This document shows, piece by piece, positions 42,572-58,035 of a stretch of 64,000 bases of DNA (positions are counted from its first letter, which is position 1; each line of letters begins with the position of its first letter). The position numbers and the translations under genes were made by a program. This stretch comes from the human T2T-CHM13v2.0 reference genome, Homo sapiens. The notes under the pieces are model-generated. The model was given only the letters and a program-made list of their open reading frames with translations, was not told the origin of the DNA and did no database searches. The stretch lies in the NCBI RefSeq assembly GCF_009914755.1, contig NC_060931.1; one strand, given 5' to 3'.

Positions 42572-45500
42572 GTAAGTCCTCTCACCAGAATAGCAGTTCT
42601 CTTCTGAAGTAAGCCCTTTTAAAAATTAACTATTCATTTGAAATCTGAACATACTTTTATGGAAGTATTAAATGGGTCTATTGCTACTGTTGTTTCATGT
42701 ACTAAACTTCAAGTAAATATGTTACCTCTACTGGACCACTTCATTCAGAGATGAACATTTAACTGTGGATTAGATGACTGTACCCTCTTGAAAAGATTTT
42801 ACATGAGCAGATTGAGAAATAATTTGGAACAGAAAATCCTTTTCTTTGCCCCTAAAATCTTAAAGCATTATTTGTCTAATCATTGTATTGTATTTCTTTT
42901 ACTTTGAAAAGGTCAGGTACCTAAATGAGAGCTAACATTTCTGATAAGATTGCTGATTAACTATAAACCTATGTTGATGTTCCATTAAAAACTGGACTGT
43001 AAGAGTTAGATTGTATACCACATATTGTTCCTGCTGGTATCAAGGAATCAATCATAAATTATTCTCAATAAACTCCTTTCTGTGTGTTATATTACCTTGG
43101 AATGATTTTTGTAGCATCTCATTATTTATCGTATTATATTCAATGAGCTATAAGATAAAAATTTTAGATAATAAATTTTTAGATACATAAATAATTTTTT
43201 AGGTAATATTACTTAGTATTTCTTTGTGTAAAGCATAAAACAGAATTTATTATTTGCATGATATAGATTTGCATTTCAAATTATTTATCTGTTCTTAATA
43301 TATTTTACCCATTATTCCAACATATAATATTTGCACATAGCCAGTACAGAAATCTTGGGATCATAAGACTAAGGATTATCAGTGGTGTATCTTACATTCA
43401 ATTTTTATTTTAAATTTATTTTACTGAATTCCTTTTCCTTCTGCATTGCCAACTAATTTTCATGACCTATCAGAAAAATGTAAAAAATTACGTAATGCTG
43501 TCTCTTCCATTAAAAAATAATTTATCTCATAAAACATTGAACATTTCCATTTGGAAATTTGTGTTACCATGTTCTTTCAAGTTGCAAAGGCAGGTAGTAT
43601 TACCCCATAAAATTTTTAAAATAAGGAAGGGCCATCCAGAAATATAATAGAAGATGATTTTCTCCCCGTAAGTTGTTTAGTCTTTATTTATTACTAGGCT
43701 AACATTACTGACATCTGACACTGGCCATTCCTCAGTTCAAAAGTGAAAAGCCTCTTAGAAAGCAAAACCGTTCCTCCATTTTAGTTCCCTAAAGAGTTTA
43801 TTCCTTTGGGCAAAATAGTCATGTGGAGCACCTGTGGTGCAAGTGCTAAAGAAATATCAAGCAAAACCCAGCCACAGCTGTGCTGTAATCATTGAAGTGT
43901 GCCCAGTGCATAATGGCACATTAGGTAGGCATTGATCTCTGCCAGTTTATGAGGTCTCTTACCGAATTAGGCAGACTTTTTCACTGAAACCCATGGAGCA
44001 GAAATTGCTACTTCTAAGCTAATCCATTTTCAAATTACCAACCAATTGTGACTGATGACCTCACTACAAATCTGCTTATCTACCTCTAACCACTCAACAA
44101 GCAAGGGAGAATAGATCATTATTTCCCTCTATTTTCAAATCTTTACAAAAGAAAACTCCTCTTGCCATTCTTAATCACCTTCAATGCCACTGCAGCTGTG
44201 AAGATAAGCATGTTAAATGTTAAATGCTGCCTAATTGTCAGTGCTTATTTGTAAGGAAAATGAGAAGGTAGAATATCTACTTACTATGGCACATGGTTTT
44301 ATTAAGATTTAGTTGAAAAATTTCTGCTAAGCATTATTATTAATTTCATGTATTTATTAAAAATAATTTATTCAGAATTGAGTGATATTGAATACTTGAC
44401 TAAAAAAAAAAAACGATTACCACATTATGCAACCATTTCTTGGTGTAAACTCTGGGTCTAGTTTAATCACCTGAGTAGATAAAACTCAAAACATGTAAGA
44501 GAAGAGCCTTTATTCTGAAAATAGAAGCAATCCTCCATACTTTAGTTAATTGAAGCCAATACTACGTAAAAATCTGTAGGAGGTAGAAAATGCACAAATT
44601 GGGGTTGGGCAAAATCTATTCCTAAACTCTCCCCAACAAACTTTACCACAGAGGATAACATTAGTGACGTTATGGTCCACAAAACTTGATAGTTTCAAGA
44701 ATGTGTAAAGAAAGAATGTAGTAAAGTGATGCTGACTTGCATTTCTATTAGAAATTATATTTTATTTTACATTTCAAAGGCCTTAGGACATATTTTAAAT
44801 CAATATTTTAACATATATTTTATAGGTTATTTATGTTGTGAAAAACATATTGCCCTATTCTCTGAAAGTTTTTCATGTTGACCATGTAGATGAGGCCTAA
44901 ATGGTAAATATATTAATGTATGTATAAGAAACTAATTTACATGTTTGTTGCATTACATTATATAGAAGTAGAAATTTAAAAACAGTTCTAGCAAAATTGT
45001 AGAATTTCTGTTTACAGATTCATTGGACAAAGCACTAGTTATAAAAACTTGGTTTTTGCAGGGTGATGGATAAGGAAGAAAAATAATTATTTCTATGTCT
45101 ATACCTAAAGCACATTTTAAAAAATGTTTCTAACTTGAACATAATTAAAATTCAAAGATCTGTACCAACCATTGCTGTGACGCATCTGCCTAGTTGTTTT
45201 ATCCGTACCCTATGCCATGGACTGACATAATTACCTATTCAGAGCCAGTTAGGAACACTTTGTTTTGTTGAAAGAATAGCTTCTCAATGGAGTTGGAATT
45301 GCTTTCTCATATTTGCCTTTTGATTGATATAACTATGTCAGAGTTTCTTTCTGAACATGAATCAATAATTTTTTTTTGTATTTGGCATGTAGACTAGGGC
45401 AAGCCATTTGTAAAGCAAGACAATATTATCTACTCCAACCTACCTACTAATAGACATGAGAAAAGTATCAAATTAATTTTCAGATGCAAAAAATATAACA

Positions 45501-48500
45501 ATTACATATTTTGTTAAAAATCTTAATTTTAAAAACAACATTAAATTCTTAACTATCTCTACAAGTGGATGGGGAGAAGTCACAGTTCCATAAATTATAA
45601 ACACTAGTAATACAAAAATATTTCAAGTTCATTTCTCTCATTATTTTACAGCATTTCTTTATGTTTTTGTTACAATTAATATTTTCAAGCAAAATCTTAA
45701 TAGGTTTACCTAAATTAGTCAAAATATAAGAATCCGTGTAAGGGGAAAAATTAAAAACAATCCGTATATGAACTTCATTTCTTATGCTACAGGTTTCCAA
45801 GGTTAACAACAGCCTTTTCCATACCCTTCTTCACATAGATGAAAAGATGTATACTTATATATCATACACATTGAATTTGTTATTTGTTTAAAAAACAGTA
45901 TTTCAGTGTCACAATAAAAACACTGTTTAGCAAAAGTGGCTTTTTCACAAAACATGTCAAAAGAAAGCCTCCAGTCAAATGTATGGATCTGACAAACACT
46001 TTCAATCAAGGTAAAATATTCAATAATATGGATCAAAACCACAATACTTAACTTTTCCCCAGTGATGAACATTTTGTATATTTTTGGAGGGTTTTTTACT
46101 TCTCTCCTTGTCTATTTGTCTTGCTAGTTATTATTTTATTAAGATTATACATGTTTATTTTAGTAGATATTCCTTTTCATGAATTAATAGCAATTTTGGA
46201 TTTTTACAAGCCATGAGCGTGCCTACTTCCTGGCACCATAGGAAACACTGATTGGCTTCCCCACTTTTAATTTTCACTGACCTGAAGGAAGGAAAACTAT
46301 CTCATTACCGCTGTAGTTGGCAGTTTCCTACTAGTAAGCTTTAGAACCTTTCATATGTTTGCTGCATATTTTAGCCTGGTTTGCAATAATCCCTTATTTA
46401 TATGATTTGCTCAGTTTTATATTAGGATATTTGTCCATATTTATCACCATAATAAAATAAATTAAATTCCTATATTCTTCTCATGGGAGTTACATGAAGG
46501 CTAAATGAAGACTGAGAAGTGGGCGCTCTGCCATTTTAGCACTTAACATATTTCATTGAAAATTTTATAATATTGCTCTCATGATGGCATATTTTGATTG
46601 TAGGACATTTATTTTTACTCCTCTTTTACTCCAATAATTTATAATAATACTTGTAATCCTCTAAATATTCAGAAAATAAAGGTTGAACTGGTAAAATGGT
46701 GAGAATACATCTTCAATCAAACTGTCAGATACTTTGATCAAGCTGCGAGTGAAGGAATCACATCTCATATATACGTGTCCCCCCACAGAAAGTTGTTCAG
46801 AAAATACTTCTGAGTTAATTGTAATTGGTTGCTCAATCTTGAAATCTTTTTCCTAACCTTCCCATTTCCTCCCTGGAGGTAACAATAGGTCAGCTTCAAG
46901 TTTAAATCTGTCAGTGGAGAATGCTGGGGGCCCTTCTTTCCTGCTGCTCTCTGTAGAATCTTTATATAGCAAAAAGTTTTTAATGTTAATTTTTCTTAGT
47001 TTCCTTACTTTTAGTATTATGTTCATTCCATCCAAACTTGGCAATTGAAGACTGTGTGGAATTTCAACTAACACATCTCAGATGTGCATGATCTCAGCCT
47101 GTGGGATATAAAAGGATTTGATTTAGAAGGTACCTCTGTCCAACTTTGTAGTCTAGACTAGCAATTGGTCTAGAATATTTCTATAAGACAATGGTCTCTT
47201 GGTTCAAAATAGACATTAATCAAAATGCTGACAGTATCATTTTGTTGTTAAATGAGTGACATTAGATTCATTATTTTTTTTTTATATCCTTGCATTAAGC
47301 CAACCAGGCTGTAGAGGTAAAGATTTCCGTCATTCACAAAATGTGAATGTTGCAATTTATCTTTTGCTTGGGGCAAAATTTTTCAAAAGAATACATTTTT
47401 AAGTTTGGAGAATATCTGAAATGAAATCCGCATGTTTGCAGTCGGAAAACTGTCTTCGCAGGTCTCAAAATTAGGTTTCCATAACTAGGCTTTCTATTGA
47501 CTGTGTGATTTGGGACAAATCAGCCTGCCTTTCTTTTCTCAATTCTTTCGTCCTTATACTTAAATAAATTATGCAGAACAACCTATAAAATCTATTCTAA
47601 GTCTAATTTTGTTGTCTTTGGTTTAAAAAAGAAGCAACTAATAAGTTAACAAATTTGTAACTATGCCCTCTAATATTCAAGCCAAAGTTTAAAAAATGAT
47701 TGTTTTTCAACTACATTTTGTACCTCTTCTTGGTGGCATTTTACTCTCAGTTATAATAAAATACTTTCATTATGATTCCGAAAATAAATAAACCAATATA
47801 TTGAGGGTAATGATTGTAAAAGCTTTTGATAACATATTACCATGTCTGGATTTGGTAACTTAAGTTATATCTATACATCCACAATTCAAAGCCACTTTTA
47901 CAATACACTACTCATGTTGTGTTAGAAGCAGCAAGAAATCATGAAAATGATTCAGCAAAATACATCATATTTAGATGTAAGCTTATTTAATCACACAATC
48001 AAGTTACTAATTGAGCAACTACAAGAGATAAAACAGTACACAGAGAATTCCTGACTTAAGAGAAAAATGTAATATATAGAAGACCTGTCTTAAGAAACAA
48101 GTATATTCCCACTTCAGTTACCTGAGTAGCTGGGATTAGTGTAAAATATGAACGTATTTTTTTTTGTGGTGGTGCTATTTAGCTAAGATATGAAGGTTTG
48201 TATAGCGTTAGCTAGATTAGAGGATGAGATTAAAATTAGGCATTTTGACAAACCAATCATATGATGTAATTATATCAAAATGGCCGCTTCACATGTGTAC
48301 CCTCTTTGTAATCATAAATTTGAGCAACACGCTTATCTACTAGTTTAGAAATTACATGACATTCATGGTTAGAGGTGGAAGGATATTTGTTTTACATATT
48401 ATCCAGTAATAAAAATTTAAATTCCTCATTCCATCAGGTCTCATTGCTTTCTTGAATGAATCTGTAGCAGAGTGGCAAGCCTATGTAGCAAGTTAGAGTA

Positions 48501-48891
48501 GTGTTGCTTTACAGGGGCTTCTTTACCACTTAAAAAAGAAATTTGGGATGTTATTTAAATTTATTATAAAACTGCAATTGATTTTTTTCTAATGGTATAA
48601 ACAACTAGAATCTAGATGTCCTGAAACATTTTTATGATTGCATATGCTTTTATTTTACTCATCTTTGTACCTCCATACTCTTTGTGATAGCTTTTAAATC
48701 AATATCCAAGGGAAATTTCACATTGTGAGTAGCAAATTCTACAAGATGTTAAGGGAACAATCTTTTAAAATGTCATTATTATTTTATAAAAAAAATGTTT
48801 TTATGGCAAAATTCCAATCAAAATGTCACACATTGATGAAATGATATTTAAAGGTTTAAAACCACTTCAAATTATGTCAATTTTGTCATAG

Positions 48892-49250
<359 letters not shown>

Positions 49251-50675
49251 TAATCACACTTGGTAAAGCAGTACTTAAAATACAGACAGTTCAGTAATTT
49301 TATCTGAACTTCTCTGCCCTTCTGATTGAAAAATAATTCCATAATTTGATCTTAATTTTTTTGACTTCACAATTTTAGAAACCAAACAGAATTGTCCTTA
49401 ACAAAGAAAGCTCAAGGGCACTTGCAAACACATATTTAGAATAAAATGAGATAAAATTCCCTAAAACTTTGAGGGTCTACTTTTCAACTTTCATAGTATA
49501 GATGAAAATAAATTGTTCCAGAATACCAATCAAAATAACTAATCTACATAGGTCTTTGTGCAATGATCTACAAGTCTCAATTTTGTTAATACCCTGCTGC
49601 TCTATAATTATTTCTTTACCTTTGTTATTATAAGTTCTGGCTAACTGTTGGTTACATTTCCACTAAGAAAGAGGGAGTAGGACAGTTTTCATAGCAACTG
49701 TCTCAGACCTCAGGCAAATTCCCAGTGACTGTGGGTAGCACTCCTAGACATAAATTGTTGCAAAGTCCAGCTGTAGCTCAACAGGGATATAGTTTTAATG
49801 AAACCCAGATGAGCTGCAACTGTATTTCAGTCTATACTCCCACTTCAGCTCTAGTCAATTACCTATGGTAATAGGAGGACAGAAATAACATGAGTAATGA
49901 AATCTGCAGATAATCCCAAGGCATCATTTTAGCCAATAATTCCCAATCTCTCCTGTATTAAACCTCTTACTAAAACTTCTTAGCATGTATTAAAATGGAC
50001 AGATGTGAATCTTTGTCTCTTCCTGTGGTAAAGATGTCAATAAGTTATAAAATGATCCTAGAAATATGGCCATAAAGGAGGGAGAACTGATTCATCACTG
50101 GTACTGTAGATATTTATTTTTGAGAAACTCAGGAAATTATTTCTTCTGCCTATCAAACCTACGGAAACATATTGCCATCATTCATAATAACATATGAGTT
50201 AAATAAACCTATGAAAATTATGTAATTATTTATTAAGAACATAATATGAATTCTAATGAAACCAGACAGATTAAGCACAAAAGTCAATCTCCTCTCCCAT
50301 TCTTAACCCCAGGAAAGGCATAGCAGAGAATTAAAACAAATAAACAAACAAATATATTCATCCATTAAGACAAGGAGGAAAGATAAAAGTGACCACCTCA
50401 ACATAAGATTTCAAGGAACTGGGGGAATAATGGATTCACATAAAATTTATTAATTTAGCAAATGGGAGTTAGAGACCTCTCAGGATAAGCAAGCCCATTC
50501 ACTCTAAGGAAACTGGGAGATAATCAGCACTAACGGCATACTCTACCAGAAGAAGAGATGAGGAGGCAACAGTTCCCTATACCTTGTTCCAAAAATATCA
50601 GTAATCAGCAGATATTTCTCCTTTGCCAACTATTGAAGAAACTAAAAAGCACTGAAGAACTTTCTACATATTATC

Positions 50676-51307
50676 TGTGATGGTTAATATTGAGGGTCAA
50701 CTTGATTGGCTTAAAGAATGCAAAGTATTGTTCCTGGGTGTTTCTGTGAGGGTGTTGCCAAAGGAGATTAACATTTGAGTCAGTGGACTGGGAAAAGCAG
50801 ACTCATCCTCAACCTGGGTGGGCACCATCCAATAAGCTGCCAGCAAAACTAGAATAAAGCAGGCAGGAGACGATGGAAGAGGAGACTTGGTGAGTCTTCC
50901 AGCCTTGATCTTTCTAATGGGCTAGATGCTTCCTGCACTTGAACATCAGACTCCAAGTTCTTCAGCTTTTGGACTCTTGGACTTACTCAGTGGTTTGCCA
51001 GGGGCTCTTGGGCCTTCAGCTACAGACTGAAGGTTGCACTGTCAGCTTCCCTACTTTTGAGGTTTTGGAAGTCAAACTGATCCACCACTGGCTTCCTTGC
51101 TTCTTAACTTGCAGAACTTGCAGACAGCCTATTGTGGGGCTTTACCTTGTGATCCTGTGAGTCAATTCTTTTTAATAAACTCCCTTTCATAAAGATATAA
51201 AACAGTGTGTATATATATATATATATCTCCATATATATATCTCCATATATATATATATCTCCATATATATATCTCCATATATATATATATATCTCCATAT
51301 ATATGTA

Positions 51308-51339
<32 letters not shown>

Positions 51340-51405
51340 TATATATATATATATATACACACATCTCCTACTAGTTCTGTGCCTCTAGAGAGCCCTGATT
51401 AATCA
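50676..51405 (+). mobile_element. MLT2A (ERVL) solo LTR
   Basis: Starts tgtgatggttaatattgagggtcaacttgattgg; AATAAA near 51174; ends ctagttctgtgcctctagagagccctgattaatca; no clear TSD. Confidence 0.92.
51205..51362. repeat. Compound microsatellite inside MLT2A: [(TA)n-TCTCCA] repeats, (TC)n, (TA)n
   Basis: Read directly. Confidence 0.95.
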
Positions 51406-51789
51406 TTTGGTAGTCCAGAGTAAAATGACGGATGCACTTATTGGTCAATATAAACAGCAGTCTAATAATCCACAAAACACCCTCTAACCTCTTCCATACC
51501 CAGTCTAACTCCCACCCAACAGAGTACTTTCAAAAATGGCTTGATTTCTCACTTATAAATACCAATGGACAGCTTAGAATTACTTGACCATGAGGAAAGC
51601 TGATAATGTAAATAATGAACAAAACCCTCCAAAATCTCTAATATAAAGAGAACTTGGAGGAAATAATGAGGAACGTGAAGACCATGTCAAATCCAAACTA
51701 TAAATGACATTCTCTAGCAGTAAGAAAATACATTTAATCTATTAAAAACAAACAAGCAAACAAATGAATAAGACTATAAAAAACTTACA

Positions 51790-52103
<314 letters not shown>

Positions 52104-53633
52104 AAACTTAGGAATTAAAACTATGATAACTGAAATAAGAACTTTAGTAAAAGTGTTGGAAGATAAAGTCAAGAAAATTTTTCATAAAGGAGAAAATAAA
52201 ATAGAAAAAAAAACAAAATTAGTGGATCAATTAAAGAAGTCAAATATCATATTTTTAGGACTAACAGACTAGAAGGAAGAATATATATGCATATATTTCA
52301 TATATATACATTTCATACACATATACACATCTTGATATAAATACACAGAAAATTTCCCACAACTGAAGGGAATGAGTTTTCAGGTGGAAAGCATGTACTT
52401 AATCTGTAGTATAATGAAAACAAAATAAAGCAAATCCCAAAAGGCATAACATAATTACACTTGAAAATATCAGTGATAAAAATAAAATTCTAAAAGCTTT
52501 TTATTTTGGTAGGGGCTACATGTTACACAGAAACAGAAATCAGAATATATTAAATGTTCAACAGCAGTACTACACATATGGCTTAAAATGAAGACACAAA
52601 TAATAAGCATGAGAATGCTGGAATGACTATATGAATGCCAGCTAAAATAGACATAAAAGCAAAAACATTATCAAATATCAAAATAAAAAGCAGATAATAA
52701 CAAAATAGTCAATTTATAAGTCTAAAAAATAATTACAAAGTACAAAGATACTTGACTGAATTGAAGGAAGAGAAGGAACATTGCATAGTTATTAAAAGAG
52801 ATTTTATTTAAAAAAAAGAACCAAAAATATTAATGAAATCTTGGTGCATCGAGATAATGCCTTGAAGCATCTTGACCTAATTGATATTTTTAAAGGATAT
52901 AGTCATTAACTGAAAAGTACACAATGTGAGTGGACCAGTCACTTAGTTCGACACATTCTGGGCCTTAAAACAACTCTGAATAGATTTAAATTATTTCTAT
53001 CAGAGTATGTTCTCTGACCATAGATTTAGAAATTAATAGTAAAAAGATATCCAGAGAAACATTAATTATTTTATGGATTAAAAAATTCAATAAAAATTCA
53101 GGAGATGTTTTTCCTGCAGGGGAGGGGAGTTAAATGGATCAAAAACAGATTATAAACTTTGAAAACTACAAGAATAAAACTCTTAGAAGAAAACATCAGA
53201 GAAAACTTTTTAACCTTGGGGTAAGCAAAGGCTTCCTAGTACTCAATAGCACAAGTAAAAAAATAAGAAGAAAAACATATTGTACTTCATCAATAATAAA
53301 ATTTTTGCTTTTCAAAAGAAGCTGAAAAAGAAAATCACAGAATGGTAGAAAATATTCACAAAACACACACACACATGCATATATCAAAGAATTTGTCTTC
53401 AGAATGCATAAAGTGCTCCTATAATTCAATAATAAGGCCAGAAAGCCAATGAAAAAGATAAGTAAAAGTTTTGAATAGGTACTTAAGGAAAGAAGACATG
53501 TAGATGGTAAATAGGCAAATTAAAATATGCTCAATATCATCAGTTATCAGACATATGCAAATTAAAGACCTATTTGGATAGCACCACATACACATTAAAG
53601 ATTCATGCCATGAAGTTTTGCTAGGATGTAGAG

Positions 53634-53839
53634 TAGGGGTCAGCAATTTTTTTGTTTTAAGGGCTGAATAGTAAATATCTGATGCTTTGAAGGCCATAAG
53701 GTCTCTTTCACAATTACTCAATTCTGCCTTTGTAATATGAAAGCAGCTTGTTCATAAACGAATGTGCCTGTGTTCCCATATACTTCTATTCACAAATAAA
53801 CCTGAATTTGGCTTAAGTACTATAGTTTGCAGAGCCCTG
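53634..53839. mobile_element. MER58A hAT-Charlie MITE inserted in L1
   Basis: TIRs taggggtcagcaa...tttgcagagccctg; internal 'gaatagtaaatat...ggccataaggtctct...caattactcaattctgcc'; degenerate 8-bp TSD atgtagag/atgcggaa. Confidence 0.9.
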
Positions 53840-55622
53840 ATGCGGAATGACAGGAACTCTCACAAACTGCTCAGGGGAATGTCAAATGGTACAACCGTTT
53901 TGGAAAACTGTCATTTCTTCAAAGTTAAACATACACCTACCAAATCTCCCTGATTTTCCAATCCACGTCTTTTTCAAACTAAATGAAAACACATATTCAT
54001 ACAAAGACTTGTATACAAATACTCATAGGAAAGCAATTCACAAAGGACAAAAGATGGAAACAACTATATATCCATCAAGTGAATGAATAACCAAATGTAG
54101 TATATCCATATAGAATATCCATTCAATGGACTACCATTCAGTAATAAAAAAAATCAACTACTAATACACATAAGTCATAGATAAATGTATAAATTATTTG
54201 CTAAGTGAAAAAGTATACACTTACATTTATATACTTATTTATATGAAATACAAATTAATGCATAGTATCAAAAAAGGAAAGAGTTAGGAATAATTTTTCC
54301 TGTGTGATAAAAATATTCTAGATTTTGCTTGTGATAATGGTTTAAAGGATATACACTTCATTAAAACTCAAGAAACCTGAGCCCATTAAAATAGATGAAG
54401 TTTGTTTCATCTAAATTATTCCTCAATAAAGTTAATGAAGAAAAATAAATGTGTAGAGAGGACTCCGCCAAAACGTTTTTACATACCTCAAGGACTTTTT
54501 ATGCAGAGTGTTTTGCCTTTCATACATGTATCAACAAATATTTAGCCAGCCATAAAATCCCCTTCCCCAAACAGAGTAGTTCTCTGAAGTGCTATATTAG
54601 ATGTGTATTTTAAAAATTACTCAATCTTTCTTGCTCCTTTAATTTTACTCATTGACAGATTTTATTGGTAGAACGGGGGTCACACATTTGTTTTGTTCAC
54701 GAAAACAAAAATTGCTGCTTATGACAATGATAATGAATAATGGAAATAATGGAAACTATCAAAAGAGTCCCAAAACAAATGAAAAAGAAAGTTTAGTAAA
54801 AGGGATATCTTGGGAGCCAGATCTTACTACATAAGGGAAACAAATGTAGAATTAGAGTTGGTGTTTGGGGATCTTGGTTTCTGTAATTTGTATTCATCTT
54901 TGCCCCAATTTCTTAATGTAAACACTGAGATGATTTTTCTAAGTTCCTTCTGGCTCAGAAATTCTGTAGACCTAAAAACACTTAGTACAGATTAGCAAAG
55001 AAAAAGAAAAAGAAAAGAACAGTTTGAGGAAAGAAGAACTAATTAGCCAGCAAAATAAATAGATAAATAACTACTCCATCTGAATTTGAAGTTGGACTTG
55101 TGCAAACATGCAATGAAGTTTTTCAAAGAGGTAGGTGACATTCCACACCTACTCACAGCCATTCCAATCCCCACCCTCACTGGGTGCAGAGGAGGTTAGG
55201 CATGTATGCCAGATTCTCTTTCGGGGCAAAACCAAGCCTCTAAGCACTCTTTATGACCCTGTGGGCACTAACATTTGAGTCAAGGCCGTGAGGTAAGAGC
55301 TTGCTACTTGACCGGGTCACTAAGGTTGCTTGTTACTAAAACTGAGTGTGAACTCAATTGCAGCATAATTTTCTTAGTATGCCCAAGCCATCTCTTTTTT
55401 TAAAAAAAATGTCTAGGAATTTTTAAACAGGGAAAACATGTTCTAGTTCCTTCAAACATCTTGTAAGTGGTTAGAAAACAGACTGAGATATAAATATGGT
55501 ATAAGCTAAGACAACTTATCTGAAAATCAAAATTAAGTAACAATTAGTAACAGCTAAAATAATAGGTGAACATATTGACTAGTCTTCATTTGAAAAAAAA
55601 AAAGGTATTAGTTTGTTAAATA

Positions 55623-55988
55623 CAGATAGTCCCCGACCTGGCACTGGTTCAATTTAGAAATTTTTCAACTTCACAATGATGCAGAAGTGATAGACATTCA
55701 ACAGAAACTGTACTTGGAATACCCATACAACCATTCTGTTTGTCATTTTCAGTACAATATTCAATAAATTACATGAGATATTCAACATTGTATTATAAAA
55801 TAGCTTTGTGTTAGATAATTTTGTCTGACTTTAGGTTAATATAAGTGTCTGAGCATACTTAATGTAGTTTAGGCTGTGCTGCCATGTTTGGTAGGTTAGT
55901 TGTATTAAATGCGTTTTCGACTTACTATATTTTCAATTATGTGTGGGTTTATCAGAATGTAACCCCATTGTAAGTTTGGGAGTATCCA
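55623..55988 (-). mobile_element. MER47A (TcMar-Tigger) MITE
   Basis: ta|cagatagtccccgac start, 'cccatacaaccattctgttt...ttcaataaattacatgagatattcaac', end 'gtaaccccattgtaagt'. Confidence 0.88.
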
Positions 55989-56252
55989 TCCTAACATTTT
56001 CTAGAGAATTTTAAATGCTCTTAATGGCTTTGTTTTAACTCAATTCACTGGCCATATTTCCATACCAAAGGTTCTTATTCTTTCTTTCACTCACTCACTG
56101 AAGTAATATTGCCTGTCCCTTTAAACTGGTGTGTGGAGGCAGGCATAAGGAAGAAAAAAATAGGGGTTCATAAAGCATTCAAAAGAAGCTCCTCATGGAT
56201 GAAGGTGTTTAAAAACCAGAAACATGGGCAGAAATGCTTTAATTTACAAAAT

Positions 56253-56376
56253 AGATTCATAACATGAAGTTTTGCTAGGATGTAGAGCAGGGGTCAGCAA
56301 TTTTTTTGTTTTAAGGGCTGAATAGTAAATATCTGATGCTTTGAAGTCCATAAGGTCTCCTTCACAATTACTCAAT
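56253..56376 (+). repeat. 124-bp direct duplicate of 53599-53722
   Basis: Manual alignment: 119/124 identical, no indels. Confidence 0.95.
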
Positions 56377-57936
56377 AATACAATTTTTGAGAAGTGTTAT
56401 AATAAATAATTACTTGCCAAATAAAGAATGCTTTTCAAAGAAAGAAGAAAAATATTTTTCACTTCAAAAAGCTTACAATCTTGAAAAGAAAAATAAGACT
56501 TTACTCAATCATTAAAAAAGTAGAATGGTTTTACGAATAAGATGAATATACTTTCAAAACTAACCACAGAAAAGAAAAACTATTTCAAAATTCAATTTAT
56601 AAAGTATTTCAAAATATTTAGATAAGTTAAGCAAATAAAATTAAGTACTGCTGGCACTAATGTATCAATGAGAAAATGAAATTAGGTAGAATAATTTTCT
56701 CAAAGTCAAATATAGTGACACACCTTGGAATTCCAGTGCTATCTGAGTCTATAGTGCAATTTCACAAGCGATCATATCCCTACAAACCAGATCAAACTTA
56801 TTCAATGACCATATAAAAATAAATGCATTTAAACTTAAAATAGCAAATTATATACTACTGTTGATCTTAGCATTCTGGTTTTTATCTATTTCCTTGTTAT
56901 CCACATATTTTCAATTTCACTTTTAGCTAATGTGGAATTTTATTTACTTTCCACTTTTTAAATAAATGCTTGAAATCTTTATTATGAGATTGCTAGTAAG
57001 GCATTTGTATATATTTAATCTAAAATTTGTTTAGAATCAAACATATATGGAGCCATGTTGAGGGAAGAGTCAACAATGGCAGAACTATTCTCAGATTTGG
57101 GAGAGGAAATAAATGTATCATGGATCTTGCTATGTAGGCATTGCTTAAGCAAATAAGTTATTTACTGACAGAATTAGACAAGAAAAATATACTGTCTACG
57201 CTTTTAAATAATTATTTATATAAGCTATTTCAAAACTCACTTGATATGTTAACAATTCTTTTTTCAGGTTACTTCCAGTAAAAAAAAAAAAAAAGCAAAA
57301 ATAGTAGATAAAATGAAGGTCTGATAGCCCCCAATTTGAGATGACCAGATATTTTCCAACCAATTGATATTTATGTATCCTAGCTTATATGTGTGTTACC
57401 CAAAACTTAGAATCATAAATTAAGTTCCACAAATAGTTCAATTAGATGCAATATCTGGAAGTAAAATTTCATCAGATTTTAGTCATATTTGCTAAATATT
57501 TTGAGTTTTCATTGGTTGACTTCTATCCACTATCCTGTTTCAATTCAATGTGTATATTGTCAATTGCATTCAGTGATTTAAGACTCATCCATATGAGCTC
57601 TTGATGTTTTTATAAATGAATTTTTAAGTACTGGCTAGATCCCAAATAAACATTAAAAGACAATGGTGGCAATGACAGTGACACCAGCTCTATGTATCAC
57701 TTTGGCCTTTATACATTTGAAACAGATTTTAATTAGTACCCAGGAAATTTGTCTCATGAATCTTGCCTCCTTTACTGGTGAACTGGGAAGCAATTGTAAC
57801 TGAAGGAGGAGAGGTTTATTATTTACTGAAAAAGTAAGCAAGTGTTTTGTCTTTGTGTGTATGATGCACTCATGAAAAATAACATCCAGGAAATTAGTAT
57901 TGTGGAAGTCTGAAAATTATTCTAGCCAAATAATGA

Positions 57937-58035
57937 ATATATACACATATATATTAATTCATATATGTATATATACATGTATTAATTTATATATACATGT
58001 GTGTATATATGTATGTATAAATGTACATGTATGTA
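57937..58035. repeat. Degenerate (TA)/(TATG) low-complexity tract
   Basis: Read directly. Confidence 0.85.
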
